From NCBI GenBank assembly GCA_963422375.2, contig OY729428.2, positions 2,528,001 to 2,592,000 of the forward strand: 64,000 nucleotides of DNA, given 5' to 3'. A program made the translations under genes and the position numbers. Under the pieces are notes generated by a model. It saw only the letters and a program-made list of their open reading frames with translations, did not search any database and was not told where the DNA came from. This DNA is from Bryobacterales bacterium (GTDB lineage Bacteria; Acidobacteriota; Terriglobia; Bryobacterales; UBA6623). Of the stretch, positions 1 through 10,628 are shown in pieces; the stretch's first letter is position 1, and every line of letters starts with the position of its first letter.

Positions 1-5
1 TCCAA

Positions 6-2144
6 GTGGAGGGAAACACTGTCCACGACGTCGAGCTTGCGCTCGCCCCGCTGGAGGACTCGATCACCGTCGTGGGCAACGCGCTTCCGGCCTCCGCCGC
101 CGACTCGGCCAAGAGCGTCGCCGCGGTCGATGGAGGCGACTACCGCAAGCGCATCGAGCCCAGCCTGGTCGAGGGCTTGCGCGCGATAGCCGGCGTGCGC
201 GTGCAGCGGCTGCGGACGCCCGGCAGCGGTGCGACGGTGCAGTTCCGCGGGCTGCGGAGCCATGACACGGCCGTCCTGATCGACGGGCTGCGCTTTCGCG
301 ACGCCTCGTCGGTGTCCGGCGAAGCCACGCCGTTCCTGTCCGACATGGCGTACTTCGACACGGAGCGGGTCGAGGTCCAGCGAGGCGCGAGCTCCACGCT
401 ATACGGATCCCACGCGGTGGGCGGCGTGATCGACATCCGCTCGTCCCGCGGCGGCGGGCCGGCTCACGCCGAGATCTCGGCGGAGGCCGGAGGCCTGGGA
501 TCCGCCCGCGGGCTCGTGCGTATCGGCGGCGGCCTCGGCCCGGTCCAACGCCTGATCTACAGCGGCGGAGGCTCGCACCGGAACGTCACTCGGGGCGTTG
601 ACGGGTTCGATCCTTACCGCAACACCGGTGGGCAGGGCTACGCCCGCTTCACCCTCGCGCCAGCGCTGACGCTGAGCGGGAGGATCTTCGGAACGGACTC
701 CTTCCTGGCCATCAACGAGAGCCCGTCGGTGCCCGACGCCGTGCTGGCCAACCTCGGCGGGAAACTGGCCGTGCCCGCGGTCGCGCTCCCGCCGCACGAA
801 GTCAGAGCGTACGAGGCGGGCCGCGAGATCCGCGCGGGCGACGCGACGTTCGTGCCCGACTTCAATGACCCCGACGCCCGACGGGCGGCCTCGTTCTACG
901 CAGCGGCCATCATCCTGAGGCACCAGATCTCCCCCGACCGGTCGCTCAGGGCCAGCTACCAACAGGTCCGCACGAAGCGCCGCTTCGGCGACGGACCCGG
1001 TGGCGTCGGAGCCTTCGAGCCGCCGTTCAGCACCGCGGCGCGGTACACGGGCCGGATCGACACCCTCCAAGTCCGGGCTGACCTCGCGAGCGGGCCCCGC
1101 CAGACGCTGACGGCCGGGTACGAGTTCGAGCGCGAGCGGTACGAGGACCGGCATTCGAACGGGGCCCCCGACGCGGCCAGGCTCGATCTCACCGAGTCGT
1201 CGGCGCAACAGTCGAGCCACGCGGCCTTCGTGCAGGACTCGCTGCGCTGGAAGAGCCTGCAGGTCACGGTCGCGGGCCGGTACCAAGTGTTCCGACTGTC
1301 CGGCCCCAGCTTCACGGGCGGCTCCAATCCCTACGGCCTGACCGCAGCCGACCCGCTTGGCGGGGCATTCACGGCCGACCTATCTCTCGCCTACTTCGCG
1401 CGCGACAGCAACACCAAGCTCCGGGCCCACGCCCGGTCGGGCTACCGAGCGCCGGCACCGTTCGAACGGTACGGTGCGAGCTTCTTCCTAGGGACGGCCA
1501 GCTTCTGGGGAGCGCCCTCGCTGTCGCCGGAACGCTCGGTCTCGTACGAAGCGGGCTTCGACCAGTGGCTCGCCAGGGGCAAGGCCAGGGCCAGCGCGAC
1601 GGCGTACTATGCAGGGGTCCGGGATGTAGTCACATTCGACTTCGGGGTGATCGACCCGGCCACGGACCCGTGGGGCCGCTCCGGCGGCTACCGGAACGGC
1701 GTCGGCCTGCTCTCCAGAGGGATCGAGGTCGACCTCTCCGCCTCGCCCACACGGTCCACCACCCTGCGGGCCGCCTACACCTACGTGAACTCCGACTCGA
1801 AGGCTCCGACCGTACCAGGCACGGACTTCCACAAGGCGCTGGGCGTGTCAGATCACATGTTCGGCCTAAGCGCGATCCAGGCGATCGGCAAGCGCCTCGA
1901 GCTAGCACTGGACTGGTCCGCGATGACGAGCTATCCCCTGCGGTTCTTCCGCGCGCCCGGGTGGCAGGTGTTCCCCGGCCCGCTGAAGGTCGACGCGGCC
2001 TGCACCTACAGGGTGCCTCTCGAAGGCGCACGGGGCATCGACATCTTCGTCATGGTCGAGAACATCCTCAACCGGCAGTACTACGAGGACGGTCAAGCGG
2101 CCCCGCGGGCATGGGCCGTCGGAGGCCTCCGGTTCCGCTTCTGA
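6..2144 (+). CDS. TonB-dependent outer-membrane receptor (BtuB/siderophore/heme type), probably 5'-truncated by the window edge
   Basis: Plug motifs (VQFRGL..., VLIDG, VEVQRGASSTLYGSHAVGGVI), NILNRQY near the end and a C-terminal Phe; first gene of an ABC uptake cluster. Confidence 0.9.
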   Translation: MEGNTVHDVELALAPLEDSITVVGNALPASAADSAKSVAAVDGGDYRKRIEPSLVEGLRAIAGVRVQRLRTPGSGATVQFRGLRSHDTAVLIDGLRFRDASSVSGEATPFLSDMAYFDTERVEVQRGASSTLYGSHAVGGVIDIRSSRGGGPAHAEISAEAGGLGSARGLVRIGGGLGPVQRLIYSGGGSHRNVTRGVDGFDPYRNTGGQGYARFTLAPALTLSGRIFGTDSFLAINESPSVPDAVLANLGGKLAVPAVALPPHEVRAYEAGREIRAGDATFVPDFNDPDARRAASFYAAAIILRHQISPDRSLRASYQQVRTKRRFGDGPGGVGAFEPPFSTAARYTGRIDTLQVRADLASGPRQTLTAGYEFERERYEDRHSNGAPDAARLDLTESSAQQSSHAAFVQDSLRWKSLQVTVAGRYQVFRLSGPSFTGGSNPYGLTAADPLGGAFTADLSLAYFARDSNTKLRAHARSGYRAPAPFERYGASFFLGTASFWGAPSLSPERSVSYEAGFDQWLARGKARASATAYYAGVRDVVTFDFGVIDPATDPWGRSGGYRNGVGLLSRGIEVDLSASPTRSTTLRAAYTYVNSDSKAPTVPGTDFHKALGVSDHMFGLSAIQAIGKRLELALDWSAMTSYPLRFFRAPGWQVFPGPLKVDAACTYRVPLEGARGIDIFVMVENILNRQYYEDGQAAPRAWAVGGLRFRF

Positions 2145-2163
2145 ACCGGGAGTCCGGCAAGAG

Positions 2164-3156
2164 ATGGGCACGGCAAGACGCAAACTCTGGCTGGGCGGGC
2201 TCGGTCTGTGCCTGTTGGCCGCGATGGGCGCCGTCGCGTGGATCGGCATGCACGGCCAGCGCCCGCCCCCGGGCGCCGCCGGGACGGCTGCGGGCGTCGA
2301 GGCGAGCGACGGCTACCCGCGTCAATGGAAGGACGCTCACGGCATCCCCGTTGATCTGCGCGCGCCGCCGCGAACGATCGCTTCGCATGCGGTCGCCACG
2401 GACCACCTGCTCTTCGCGATAGTGCCGCCGTCCCGCATCGTGGCCGTGAGCGCGCTGGCCCGCCTGCCTCAGTACAGCCACATCGCGACGGATGTCCGCG
2501 CGCTCGGGATCCCGGCCGCTCGGGACGCCGAGACCGTGCTGACCCTCGAGCCGTCGCTGCTCGTCGCCTCGGAGATCTCCGCTCCCGACTTCCTCCGGGC
2601 CGTGCGGGCCAGCGGCATCCCGGTCTACGCGATGCGTACCCTGTTCGCCCGGCTGGACGAGATCGCAGACGCCATGGAACTCGTGGGCGAGCTGAGCGGG
2701 AACAATGAGGCCGCACGACGGGCGGCCGACGACTTTCGAGCGGAGGTGCGGGCTGCGAGCGGCTGCGAGCCGGACGGCTCTGCCCCGCAGCGCGTGCTCG
2801 GAGTGACCTATTCCCGGCACTGCTACGGTCGCGGGTCGCTCTTCGAGGACATCGCGCATGCTCTAGGAGCGGTCAATGTCGGCAGCGAGCAGGGCCTCGG
2901 CCCCTCCCAGAAGATCGACCCCGAACAGATCGCCGCCTGGAATCCCGACTGGATCGTGGCCGGAACGGGCGGGCGACCGCCCGGCGAGGCACGCGCCGCT
3001 CTGATCGCGGACCCGGCAGTGCGCCTGACGCGGGCCGGCCGCCTCGGGCAGATCCTCGCGATCGAGGACCGCGACTTGACGGCAATGTCGCAGCACGTCC
3101 TCGGCACGATGCGCGCGCTTGCCGAAGTTCTGTGTCCGGCAACGAGTCCCCGATGA
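2164..3156 (+). CDS. Periplasmic substrate-binding protein, BtuF/FhuD-like (class III)
   Basis: N-terminal anchor; PRTIAS, AETVLTLEPSL and IDPEQIAAWNPDWIV motifs; operon context. Confidence 0.88.
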   Translation: MGTARRKLWLGGLGLCLLAAMGAVAWIGMHGQRPPPGAAGTAAGVEASDGYPRQWKDAHGIPVDLRAPPRTIASHAVATDHLLFAIVPPSRIVAVSALARLPQYSHIATDVRALGIPAARDAETVLTLEPSLLVASEISAPDFLRAVRASGIPVYAMRTLFARLDEIADAMELVGELSGNNEAARRAADDFRAEVRAASGCEPDGSAPQRVLGVTYSRHCYGRGSLFEDIAHALGAVNVGSEQGLGPSQKIDPEQIAAWNPDWIVAGTGGRPPGEARAALIADPAVRLTRAGRLGQILAIEDRDLTAMSQHVLGTMRALAEVLCPATSPR

Positions 3157-4217
3157 GTGCCGACAGCGGTCCAGGCCTGGCGCGACGGCGCATGGGGCCA
3201 ACCGCGTTCCTAGCGCTGTCGGCGGGGTTGCTAGCAGTCGCCGGCCTTGCTGGCCTTTCGATCGGAACGACCTCGCTCGACTGGAGGGTCGTCGCCCAGG
3301 TGCTCGCTTCGCGGCTCGGGCCATTCAACGGCACGTTCTCGGAGACCGAGGAGTTCATCGTCTGGTCCGTCCGCCTGCCTCGGATCATCGTCGGCGTCCT
3401 GTCCGGCGGCGCGCTGGCGGTCGCAGGGGCGGCCCTGCAAGGACTGTTCAGGAACCCTCTGGCCGGCCCGGGGGTGATCGGCACGAGCGCCGGGGCGGCG
3501 TGCGGCGCGGTCCTCGTGCTCATGACCGGCCTCGCCGCGCACTCGGCGCTGTGGCTGCCGCTGGCCTCCTTCGCCGGCGGACTGCTCGCCCTGTGCCTCG
3601 CCTACGGCATGGCCACGAGCGGAGGGAAGACGCCCCTGACCGCACTGATCCTGTCCGGCGTGGCCTGCGGCGCGTTCTTCGGGGCGATGACTTCCCTGCT
3701 GATCTCGCTGCGCTTCGAGGATTGGCAGGTAGCCTCCGAGGTCGTCTTCTGGATGATGGGCGGCCTCGACAGCCGGTCATGGGTACACGTGTGGATCGCA
3801 CTGCCCTTTGTCGCACTCGGTGCGGGCCTAGTCTTCTTCCGCTCGCGCGAACTCGACCTGATGCTGACGGGCGACGAGTCGGCGCAGACGCTCGGCGCGG
3901 ACGCGGAGTGGACCAAGCGGACGGTCCTCGTCGGGGCCGCCATGCTAACCGGCGCTTCCGTGGCGGTGAGCGGCATCCTGGCGTTCGTCGGCCTGGTCGT
4001 GCCCCACATGGTCCGGCTCGTCGTCGGGCCGCTGCACCGGCACTTGCTGCCGTTGGCGATGCTTGCGGGCGGAGGCTTCCTCGTAGCCTGCGACATCATC
4101 GCGAGAAGCGCCTTCGCCCCGGCGGAAGTGCGGCTCGGCGTGGTGACCTCGGCCTGCGGCGCACCCTTCTTCGCCTGGCTCCTCCTGACCCGCAAGCCGC
4201 ACCTGGAGGGGTCGTAG
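3153..4217 (+). CDS. FecCD/BtuC family ABC permease
   Basis: VRLPRI, LQGLFRNPLA, AQTLG, AFVGLVVPH, GAPFF motifs; ATG 3153 overlaps the upstream TGA (ATGA). Confidence 0.93.
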   Translation: MSADSGPGLARRRMGPTAFLALSAGLLAVAGLAGLSIGTTSLDWRVVAQVLASRLGPFNGTFSETEEFIVWSVRLPRIIVGVLSGGALAVAGAALQGLFRNPLAGPGVIGTSAGAACGAVLVLMTGLAAHSALWLPLASFAGGLLALCLAYGMATSGGKTPLTALILSGVACGAFFGAMTSLLISLRFEDWQVASEVVFWMMGGLDSRSWVHVWIALPFVALGAGLVFFRSRELDLMLTGDESAQTLGADAEWTKRTVLVGAAMLTGASVAVSGILAFVGLVVPHMVRLVVGPLHRHLLPLAMLAGGGFLVACDIIARSAFAPAEVRLGVVTSACGAPFFAWLLLTRKPHLEGS

Positions 4218-4219
4218 TC

Positions 4220-5011
4220 GTGCTGGAAGCCGACCGAGCCGGATTCGCGCGGGGCGGCACGTGGATCCTGCGGAATCTGAGCGTGCAGTTCCGGGCCGGG
4301 ACCGTCGCGGCCGTGGTGGGCCCGAACGGCTCGGGCAAGTCGACCGCGCTGCGCCTGCTGGCCGGATTGCTGCGCGCCTCCGAGGGCCGCGTGTCGATCA
4401 ACGGGAGGCCGGCTCACATGATCAAGCGCGGCGAGCTAGCCCGGATCGTGACATACGTCCCGCAGAGCCCTCCCGCCGTCCCGACAGTTACGGTCCGGGA
4501 ATGCGTGGCAATGGGCAGGTACTGCCATCGCGGACGGTTCCGGGCGGAGGGGGAAGCGGACCGGAAGGCGGTGGGCGAGGCGCTGGAGACGATGGATTGC
4601 GCCCGTTTCGCGAACCGTCTCATGGGCGATCTCTCGGGAGGCGAGGTCCAGCGCGCGATCCTAGCCCGAAGCCTCGCCACGGCCGCGCCCTACCTCCTGC
4701 TGGACGAGCCAACCGCCAGCCTCGACATCGAGCACTCGCTGTCGATCCTCGACCACGTCGCGGCCGCGGCGGAGGCCGGGCGCTGCGTGGTAATGGCCCT
4801 GCACGACCTCAACAGCGTGATCCGCTCCGCGGACTTCGTGTGCGTTCTCAAGCGCGGGACGGTGCGGCACGCGGGACCGCCGCTCCAAGCTCTCGACCCA
4901 CAGGTCGTACGCGACGTGTTCTCCGTCGAGTCCGAGCTGCTCCAAGGCCGTACAGGAGCGGCCTTCCGCTTCGATCCGGTCGGGCACGCGGATCCCTGCC
5001 GGCGGGCCTAG
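4220..5011 (+). CDS. ABC ATPase, BtuD/FepC family
   Basis: Walker A GPNGSGKS, LSGGE signature, LLLDEPT, LHDLN; GTG start after GGAGG, in frame with ORF 3119..5011. Confidence 0.92.
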   Translation: MLEADRAGFARGGTWILRNLSVQFRAGTVAAVVGPNGSGKSTALRLLAGLLRASEGRVSINGRPAHMIKRGELARIVTYVPQSPPAVPTVTVRECVAMGRYCHRGRFRAEGEADRKAVGEALETMDCARFANRLMGDLSGGEVQRAILARSLATAAPYLLLDEPTASLDIEHSLSILDHVAAAAEAGRCVVMALHDLNSVIRSADFVCVLKRGTVRHAGPPLQALDPQVVRDVFSVESELLQGRTGAAFRFDPVGHADPCRRA

Positions 5012-5147
5012 CGAGACGGTCGATAGGCCCGGTCTCCCGGGAAGAATCGGACCAGTCAACAGGCCCTAAACGGACGGACGGCCCCGTCGCGTGCGCGGCT
5101 GTATAGTACGCTATCCCTAGCAGAGCAACGGTTGCGGGCCGCTCCCC

Positions 5148-5771
5148 ATGAACCTGCCCAACATTCTCACGCTTTCGAGAATCTTCCTTGTCCCGCTGCT
5201 GGTAGCCGTACTCCTGCGCAAGGAGGCGATCCAACTCGACACCGGCTGGGTGGTGGTGACCAGAGAGGTCATCGCGCTGCTCATCTTCCTCTCGGCCGCG
5301 CTCACCGACCTGCTGGACGGATACATTGCCCGGCGGCGGCGGCAAGTCACCACGGTGGGCAAGCTGCTGGACCCGATCGCGGACAAGCTGCTGGTGGCCG
5401 GCGCGCTGATCTCGCTGGTCGAGCTGGACCGCGTGGCCGCATGGATGGTCGTGCTGATCGTGAGCCGCGAGTTCGCGGTCTCGGCTCTACGGAACCTCGC
5501 CCTGACGCAGGGCGTCGCCATCTCGGCCAGCGAATTCGGCAAGGCTAAGATGGTGGCGCAGGTGGCAGCCGTCTCGCTGCTGCTCCTCGCCCCGCATTCG
5601 CGCGTCGTCGAGCAGGCCGGCTACATCGCGCTCTGGCTGGCCATCCTTATCACCACCTTTTCGATGGTCGACTACTTCCGCGCCTTCTGGCGGCGGCCGG
5701 ATGTGCCGGGCGGGCCAGAGGACGTGGTGGTGATGCGCAAGAACCTGCCGGAGGCGAGCAACCGTCCCTAA
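5148..5771 (+). CDS. pgsA: CDP-diacylglycerol--glycerol-3-phosphate 3-phosphatidyltransferase
   Basis: MNLPNILTLSRI start; CDP-alcohol phosphotransferase motif TDLLDGYIARRRRQVTTVGKLLDPIADKLL. Confidence 0.95.
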   Translation: MNLPNILTLSRIFLVPLLVAVLLRKEAIQLDTGWVVVTREVIALLIFLSAALTDLLDGYIARRRRQVTTVGKLLDPIADKLLVAGALISLVELDRVAAWMVVLIVSREFAVSALRNLALTQGVAISASEFGKAKMVAQVAAVSLLLLAPHSRVVEQAGYIALWLAILITTFSMVDYFRAFWRRPDVPGGPEDVVVMRKNLPEASNRP

Positions 5772-6335
5772 CACCCCTATCACGGGGGCGGCAGCAGGAC
5801 AAGCTTCGCCCGAAGCAGATGCCGAGTAGAGCGTGCAGTTGCTCTTGACGGCCGCACCCGAGATGCCGTCTAGCTCGCGCGCCGGGACCTGCCGACGAAG
5901 TGAATCTCGACCGGGTCCGTGAGTCTGCGGGCAGCCTCGCCCAGTGACACCCGCGGTGGCGTGACCGACCGCTCTAGCCTGGCCTTGGATGACTGACCGG
6001 TCCGGGGCGCAAGTTCGACGCAGCGCGGCTGCATTCCGGTCGCCGGGCTCGACATCCTAGTAGCCTTCGTCGACAACCCTTTTGGAGCAGGGATCCTTGT
6101 GCCGATGGCTTGCCATCGATGCAGATTAGGTCCGCGCCCTACCCGTCCCGCAAGCACACCCAGTTAAGAGAGCCGCTGTATCTCGTAGGTTCTTGCTTTC
6201 CTCTGCAGTGCGGTTCGAGCCGCCGAATGCCCGGTTCGCGGGCGCGGCGGGCTGTGGTCGGGTAGAGTCGTGCGCGAGAGAGCGGACCGGGAGGCGAGCG
6301 TGACGGACTGGGAACCGTCGGGGAAGGAGCTTGCG

Positions 6336-6934
6336 ATGGCGAGCGCCGGTTCTCGGGCCGGGCTTGTGCGCCTCGAATCGAAGCAAGCCCGGTGGGTGCC
6401 GTCGCGCTACAGCGCCCGTGCGATGCCGTGCTTTCGGGCGGCACATGTCGGGTTAGTGCGCGAGTTGCTGGAGCAGTCTGGGGGCATGTAGGCCTGCCGG
6501 GGTATCTGCCGGAGCGGGGCTTCCTATTCAAGGAGTCGGTGAACGAGCCACAGCGCTTCGGTCACCGGTTGTTAGAGCAGCAGCCGAGTCCAGACTGGCT
6601 GGAGTTGATTCTGCTCTCCTCGGAGAACTGCAACTCCCGCTGTCGAAAGCGCTACGAGTCGTCCCCGCAAGGGACGATGGATCCTTGGGTTCGCGAGGCG
6701 ATTGTCGGTTTAGTGGAGGCACGGGCGCCGCGGCTGGACCGGCTGTCGGTCAGCCATCTCGGAGGAGAGTCGCCGCTCAGTTCGGAAGCGGTGTATGAGA
6801 TTGCGTCGGCGGCCGTGAGAATCGCCGAGACGCCCGGCATCCGATACTGTTTCGCTGGGTTTGGTTTGTGTAGTGATTATGGCAACAGGCATAGCTGTGA
6901 GTGTATTGATGTCTCGACGAGTGTCAAAGATTGA
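6336..6934 (+). pseudogene. Degraded radical SAM (SPASM-type maturase-like) gene
   Basis: ATG 6336 after GGAAGGAG; WVPSRY N-terminal motif; after a frameshift YLPERGFL, LELILLSSENCNSRCRKRYE (decayed CxxxCxxC), GTMDPWVR, LSVSHLGGESPL (decayed WFGGEPL); truncated. Confidence 0.7.
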
Positions 6935-7569
6935 CCCGATTCGACTTCTCCGGAGCCAAGGAAATCTTGAATTCGTGTCAATTGCATTCAAGTTGGACAC
7001 GATTTAAGGAGGTCTTCCTTCCGTCATATAGCTGATCCAAATGCCTAGGAGTCGGTATATGGGATCGGAGAATTGGGATGATTCGATCTTACTTCTAATG
7101 GCTCCGAAATCCTGCCGTCTAGATTTGAGAAATGCGGAATCTGTGCCCGACATAGGTCGGCCAATCATCCAAGACCACTGAATCTAGATCACCGCAGATT
7201 TCAATTTGGACGTCAAGCCGGAGGCTGCAAGAAGTCGGTAGGCATTTTAATCGAGCGTAGTCGAACGTAATCGCCTGTTGCGAGCAGTCGCGATCCTACG
7301 TGCCTATTGAACGGAACCACAGTTGCGCATTCGGGGTGCGAACCGCTACGCGCAGGCGTGGGGGAACTCACTGCGAGACAGACACCTTGACGGGCTAAGC
7401 GACCGGGATCCGCTTGGCGAGCTGGGGTGCGGCAGAGTCAGCCGCCGAGTGATGATGAGGCGGGGTGCTGACCAACCGCTGCCAGCCTGGAGGGCACGCT
7501 GGAAGCTCCCCGAGTGAGCGGGCAAGCGTAAGAGTGGCTGCGTCCGCGGGTGGGCGAGCGGATCTAGGC

Positions 7570-8330
7570 TCAAGGAATGATCATCTGCAAGGGCTTCGCA
7601 GCCCTTCGATGCCAGCTCTCACAGCGGTTTAGGGTCTTCTGCATCTCGAGTTGGCGCGGGATCGACAGCGCCATCTTGCGCGTGGCCGCCAAGACCGTCG
7701 GGCGAGCATGCACTTGCGCACTCCAGCTGCCCTCGGCGTACTCGGCACTGTCGCGGACTCGTTGAATCCCGTTCTCCACCGTCCCCGGTCGCCTCGGCCG
7801 GGTCCATGCTCATGATCAGATCGACCGTCACCAGCTCGGGCGCATCGCAGGTCTCGCGCATGGTGACCTCCCGGATCACTTGCGCCGCGACGCGCATGCC
7901 TGGGAAGTCCGTTCCCTCGACTGCCTAGCGATCGCCTTCGGGCCGCCGACCCTGCGCGTCGCGTATCTCCATCGCACGGATGCGGCGGGTCTCGTCGCGC
8001 CCATGGACCTAGCCTACCTCCGCCTATGCCACCAAGCGCTCCCAATCGCAGACGGCCGAGGCGTCCGGCCGCGAGGGCCGATTGCCGCTCACTTCGAGGA
8101 GATACGAGGCCCTCCGACCGGGAATCACACGTGCCCTGCCGGGCTCGGTTTGCAGCGCGTCGGCGACGATTCAGCGCCCCTCGACATTCGTCGTTGCGAG
8201 CACATCGCATCGCGGTCCACGCACCCCGTCGGCATCGTAATTGTTGCCGCTGAACCCTTGCTGTACATTGACTTGCCTCGCCTCCCACCGCGGTCAGCTG
8301 CTCCTCCCGTTGGCTCTTCTCCTCACCCGG
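7570..8330 (-). pseudogene. ISAs1-family transposase remnant
   Basis: Fragments in several frames: VHGRDETRR (~7982-8008, cf. HGRIExR), FPGMRVAAQVIREV, ENGIQRVRD...PTVLAATRKMALS (cf. IENxLHxxRD...LAxxRNxAL). Confidence 0.6.
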
Positions 8331-8369
8331 CAGCACCCGTCGGATAGTGTAGTGCGGCGGCGGGTGGCA

Positions 8370-8781
8370 CCCCTTGCCGGCGAAGCGCGCCGCGTCGACG
8401 AGGGTCTTCGCCAGCAGCGGGTGGTAGCTGGTGCCGACATGCCCGTCGGCGGCTAGGCCACGCAGCTCCAAGGCCGGCGCGCACGAGGCAAGGCAGCGCG
8501 TGCGCCCGGCCGTCGGCAGCAGCAGGCAAGGCGCGTTCGAGGCCACCGCCTCCAGCCGGTCGCGCCCCTGCAGGGCGCTCCACCCAATCTACCGGGCCGC
8601 CACGCAGGGTCACGGCCTGGCGGCCGAGCGGCACCAGCCAGAGCCCGCCGCGCGGCCACCTGCTTCCACCAGGCCCCCGCATGTTGCGAAACCAGAGATA
8701 ATTGTGCTTGCGCATCAACGCGCCCCAGCGTTCCGCTTGGCCAGGACGCACCGGGCGCACTCGGACCTCGCTCAGCGGCAC
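8370..8781 (-). pseudogene. DUF4338 (DruA-like, transposase-associated) domain remnant upstream of the ISAs1 remnant
   Basis: LSEVRVRPV...ERWGALMRKHNYLWFR and ASNAPCLLLP...LAS...HPLLAKTLVDAARFAG (cf. NNxRFLLLP...HPLLLAETFVDPxRFxG), split by frameshifts. Confidence 0.65.
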
Positions 8782-9296
8782 CGGCTCGCGAGCATTACTC
8801 GCGCTATCGCAGATTTAGCCGAAGTTGCTAGGCCTCGCTTCAAGTAGTCAGGAATCGCGGCGGTTCCACGACTTTGGCGTTGCCTTGGGAGAAGCGGACC
8901 AACTGCTAGCTGGACCGGGAGGGATCGGAACTAGCCGGTGATTCCGCCGTGGAGATGCCCATTTCCCGATCCAACGGTCCCGGATCAAATCCGTGATAGG
9001 ACTGGCGAGAGTGTCGGATTTGGGCCGACTCTAGAACCCTCTGGTGAAGCAAGGAACTTCGGCATGTCTAAGATTTTCGGCGTGCCCTCGACGCCGAGAG
9101 GTCATTGAGATACCGGTAGCTCTGTATGCTCTCTGCCTTGTGGATGGCGTCCTCGTTGTGCTTGCAATCTTGCCGTCGTTCCGATCGGTTTCGTGGTTCT
9201 CTCTGACCAAATTCCTCGGCCCGCACGGGTCGCCGAATCTGATACACTCAAAGGTTCGGTAAGACTCAAGGGAACGCCTGATCGGAGGATGGCGCC

Positions 9297-10550
9297 ATGG
9301 ACAAGCCTCGAATCGGATACGCAAAGAAGAAACGCAAGCGCCGGATTGTCGTCGGAGCTGCGGTATTGGTCGCCGTGCTGCTGGCCGGCTGGGCGGTTTC
9401 GCGCTTGGAGCCGGCCCCGCCGGGAGTTGACGCTGCCCTGGTCTTCACCGACACCGTGAAGCGGGGCGAGATGCTGCGGCAGGTCCGCGGCATCGGCACG
9501 CTGGTTCCCGAGACCGTGGTCGTGATCGGTGCCACCGATGCCGGCCGGGTGGAGCGACGGCATGTCCAGGCGGGCCAGCCGGTCCGACCGCGCACCGTAC
9601 TCCTCGAACTCAGCAGCCCCCGAGTCGAGCAGGAATACCTCGACGCCGCGGCCCAGCTGCGTGAGGCGCAGGCCGACCTGGCCAATCTCCGGGCGCAGCT
9701 CGAGGACCAGCGCCTCACGCAGGAGTCGGTGACGGCCGACCTCGAAGGCCAATACCTGCAGGCGAAGGCGCAGTTCGATGCGGACCTCGAGCTGTCCAAG
9801 GCCGGCCTGAGCGACAGCGTCACGCTGATGAAATCGAGGGTGGCCATGGAGCAGCTGCGGAAGCGGCATCGCCTGGAGCTTGCCCGCGAGGGCGCCCGCA
9901 AGCCCTCGGCGGAGGCCCAGACCGCGGCGCAGGAGGCACGCATCGAGCAGCTGGAATCGCTGCTCGCACTGCGCGGAGATCGAGTCGACCAGCTTCGGGT
10001 GCGGGCGGGGATGGCAGGGGTCCTGCAGGTCATGGGAGTCGAGGTGGGGCAGCAAGTCGCTCCCGGGGACGAGCTGGCGCGGGTCTCCGACCCGACGCGC
10101 CTGAAGGCCGAGCTGAAGGTGCCCGAGACGCTGGTCAACGACGTGTCGGTCGGGCAGCGCGCCGAGGTCGACACCCGGAACGGAGTCATTCCAGGGGAGG
10201 TGTCGCGCATCGACCCCGCGGCCGTCGAGGGCACCGTCCTGGTCGACGTGAAGCTGCTGGGCGAGCTGCCGCGCGGAGCGCGCCCGGACCTGAGCGTGGA
10301 CGGCACCGTCGAGCTGGAGAGGCTCGAGCGGGTGCTGCATGTCGGGCGCCCGATCCACGCCCGCGAGGACAGCGCCATGGGCGTCTTCAAGCTCGAGCCG
10401 GACGAGGCCCACGCCGTGCGCGTCCGTGTCCGGGTGGGCAAGGTGTCCGTCAGCACGGTCGAGGTCCGGGAGGGGCTGGCCGAGGGGGACAAGGTCGTCC
10501 TGTCCGACATGTCGGCCTGGGACGACTACGATCGCATCCGGCTGGAGTGA
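9297..10550 (+). CDS. Efflux periplasmic adaptor (HlyD/MacA-like membrane fusion protein)
   Basis: Basic N-terminus plus TM helix, VKRGEMLRQVRGIGTLVP, lipoyl halves, coiled coil, GLAEGDKVVLS; GGAGG upstream. Confidence 0.9.
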   Translation: MDKPRIGYAKKKRKRRIVVGAAVLVAVLLAGWAVSRLEPAPPGVDAALVFTDTVKRGEMLRQVRGIGTLVPETVVVIGATDAGRVERRHVQAGQPVRPRTVLLELSSPRVEQEYLDAAAQLREAQADLANLRAQLEDQRLTQESVTADLEGQYLQAKAQFDADLELSKAGLSDSVTLMKSRVAMEQLRKRHRLELAREGARKPSAEAQTAAQEARIEQLESLLALRGDRVDQLRVRAGMAGVLQVMGVEVGQQVAPGDELARVSDPTRLKAELKVPETLVNDVSVGQRAEVDTRNGVIPGEVSRIDPAAVEGTVLVDVKLLGELPRGARPDLSVDGTVELERLERVLHVGRPIHAREDSAMGVFKLEPDEAHAVRVRVRVGKVSVSTVEVREGLAEGDKVVLSDMSAWDDYDRIRLE

Positions 10551-10628
10551 CCGGAGCAAGCGGTCGGCCCGCCCGCGACGACGCAGGCCCGTCGCGCGGG
10601 CCATACTGGAAAGCAGGACTTGGCGACA

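Noticed and set aside
3119..4219. 630-aa ORF 3119..5011 as one long protein
   Set aside because: The first ~367 codons are a shadow frame over the permease; only 4220..5011 encodes the ATPase.
5772..6270. Possible tRNA/integration site after pgsA
   Set aside because: No cloverleaf, T-loop GTTCGA in tRNA context, or CCA end recognised.
7323..7517. Short ORF vaguely resembling a reverse-transcriptase fragment
   Set aside because: No YADD or PQG motif; the similarity is too weak.
8370..8781. Druantia anti-phage system
   Set aside because: Only a decayed DUF4338 fragment linked to an ISAs1 remnant; no DruE helicase or other dru genes.
9044..9262. Hydrophobic 72-aa ORF as a remnant of the missing permease
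   Set aside because: No recognisable FtsX/MacB motif; unsupported.
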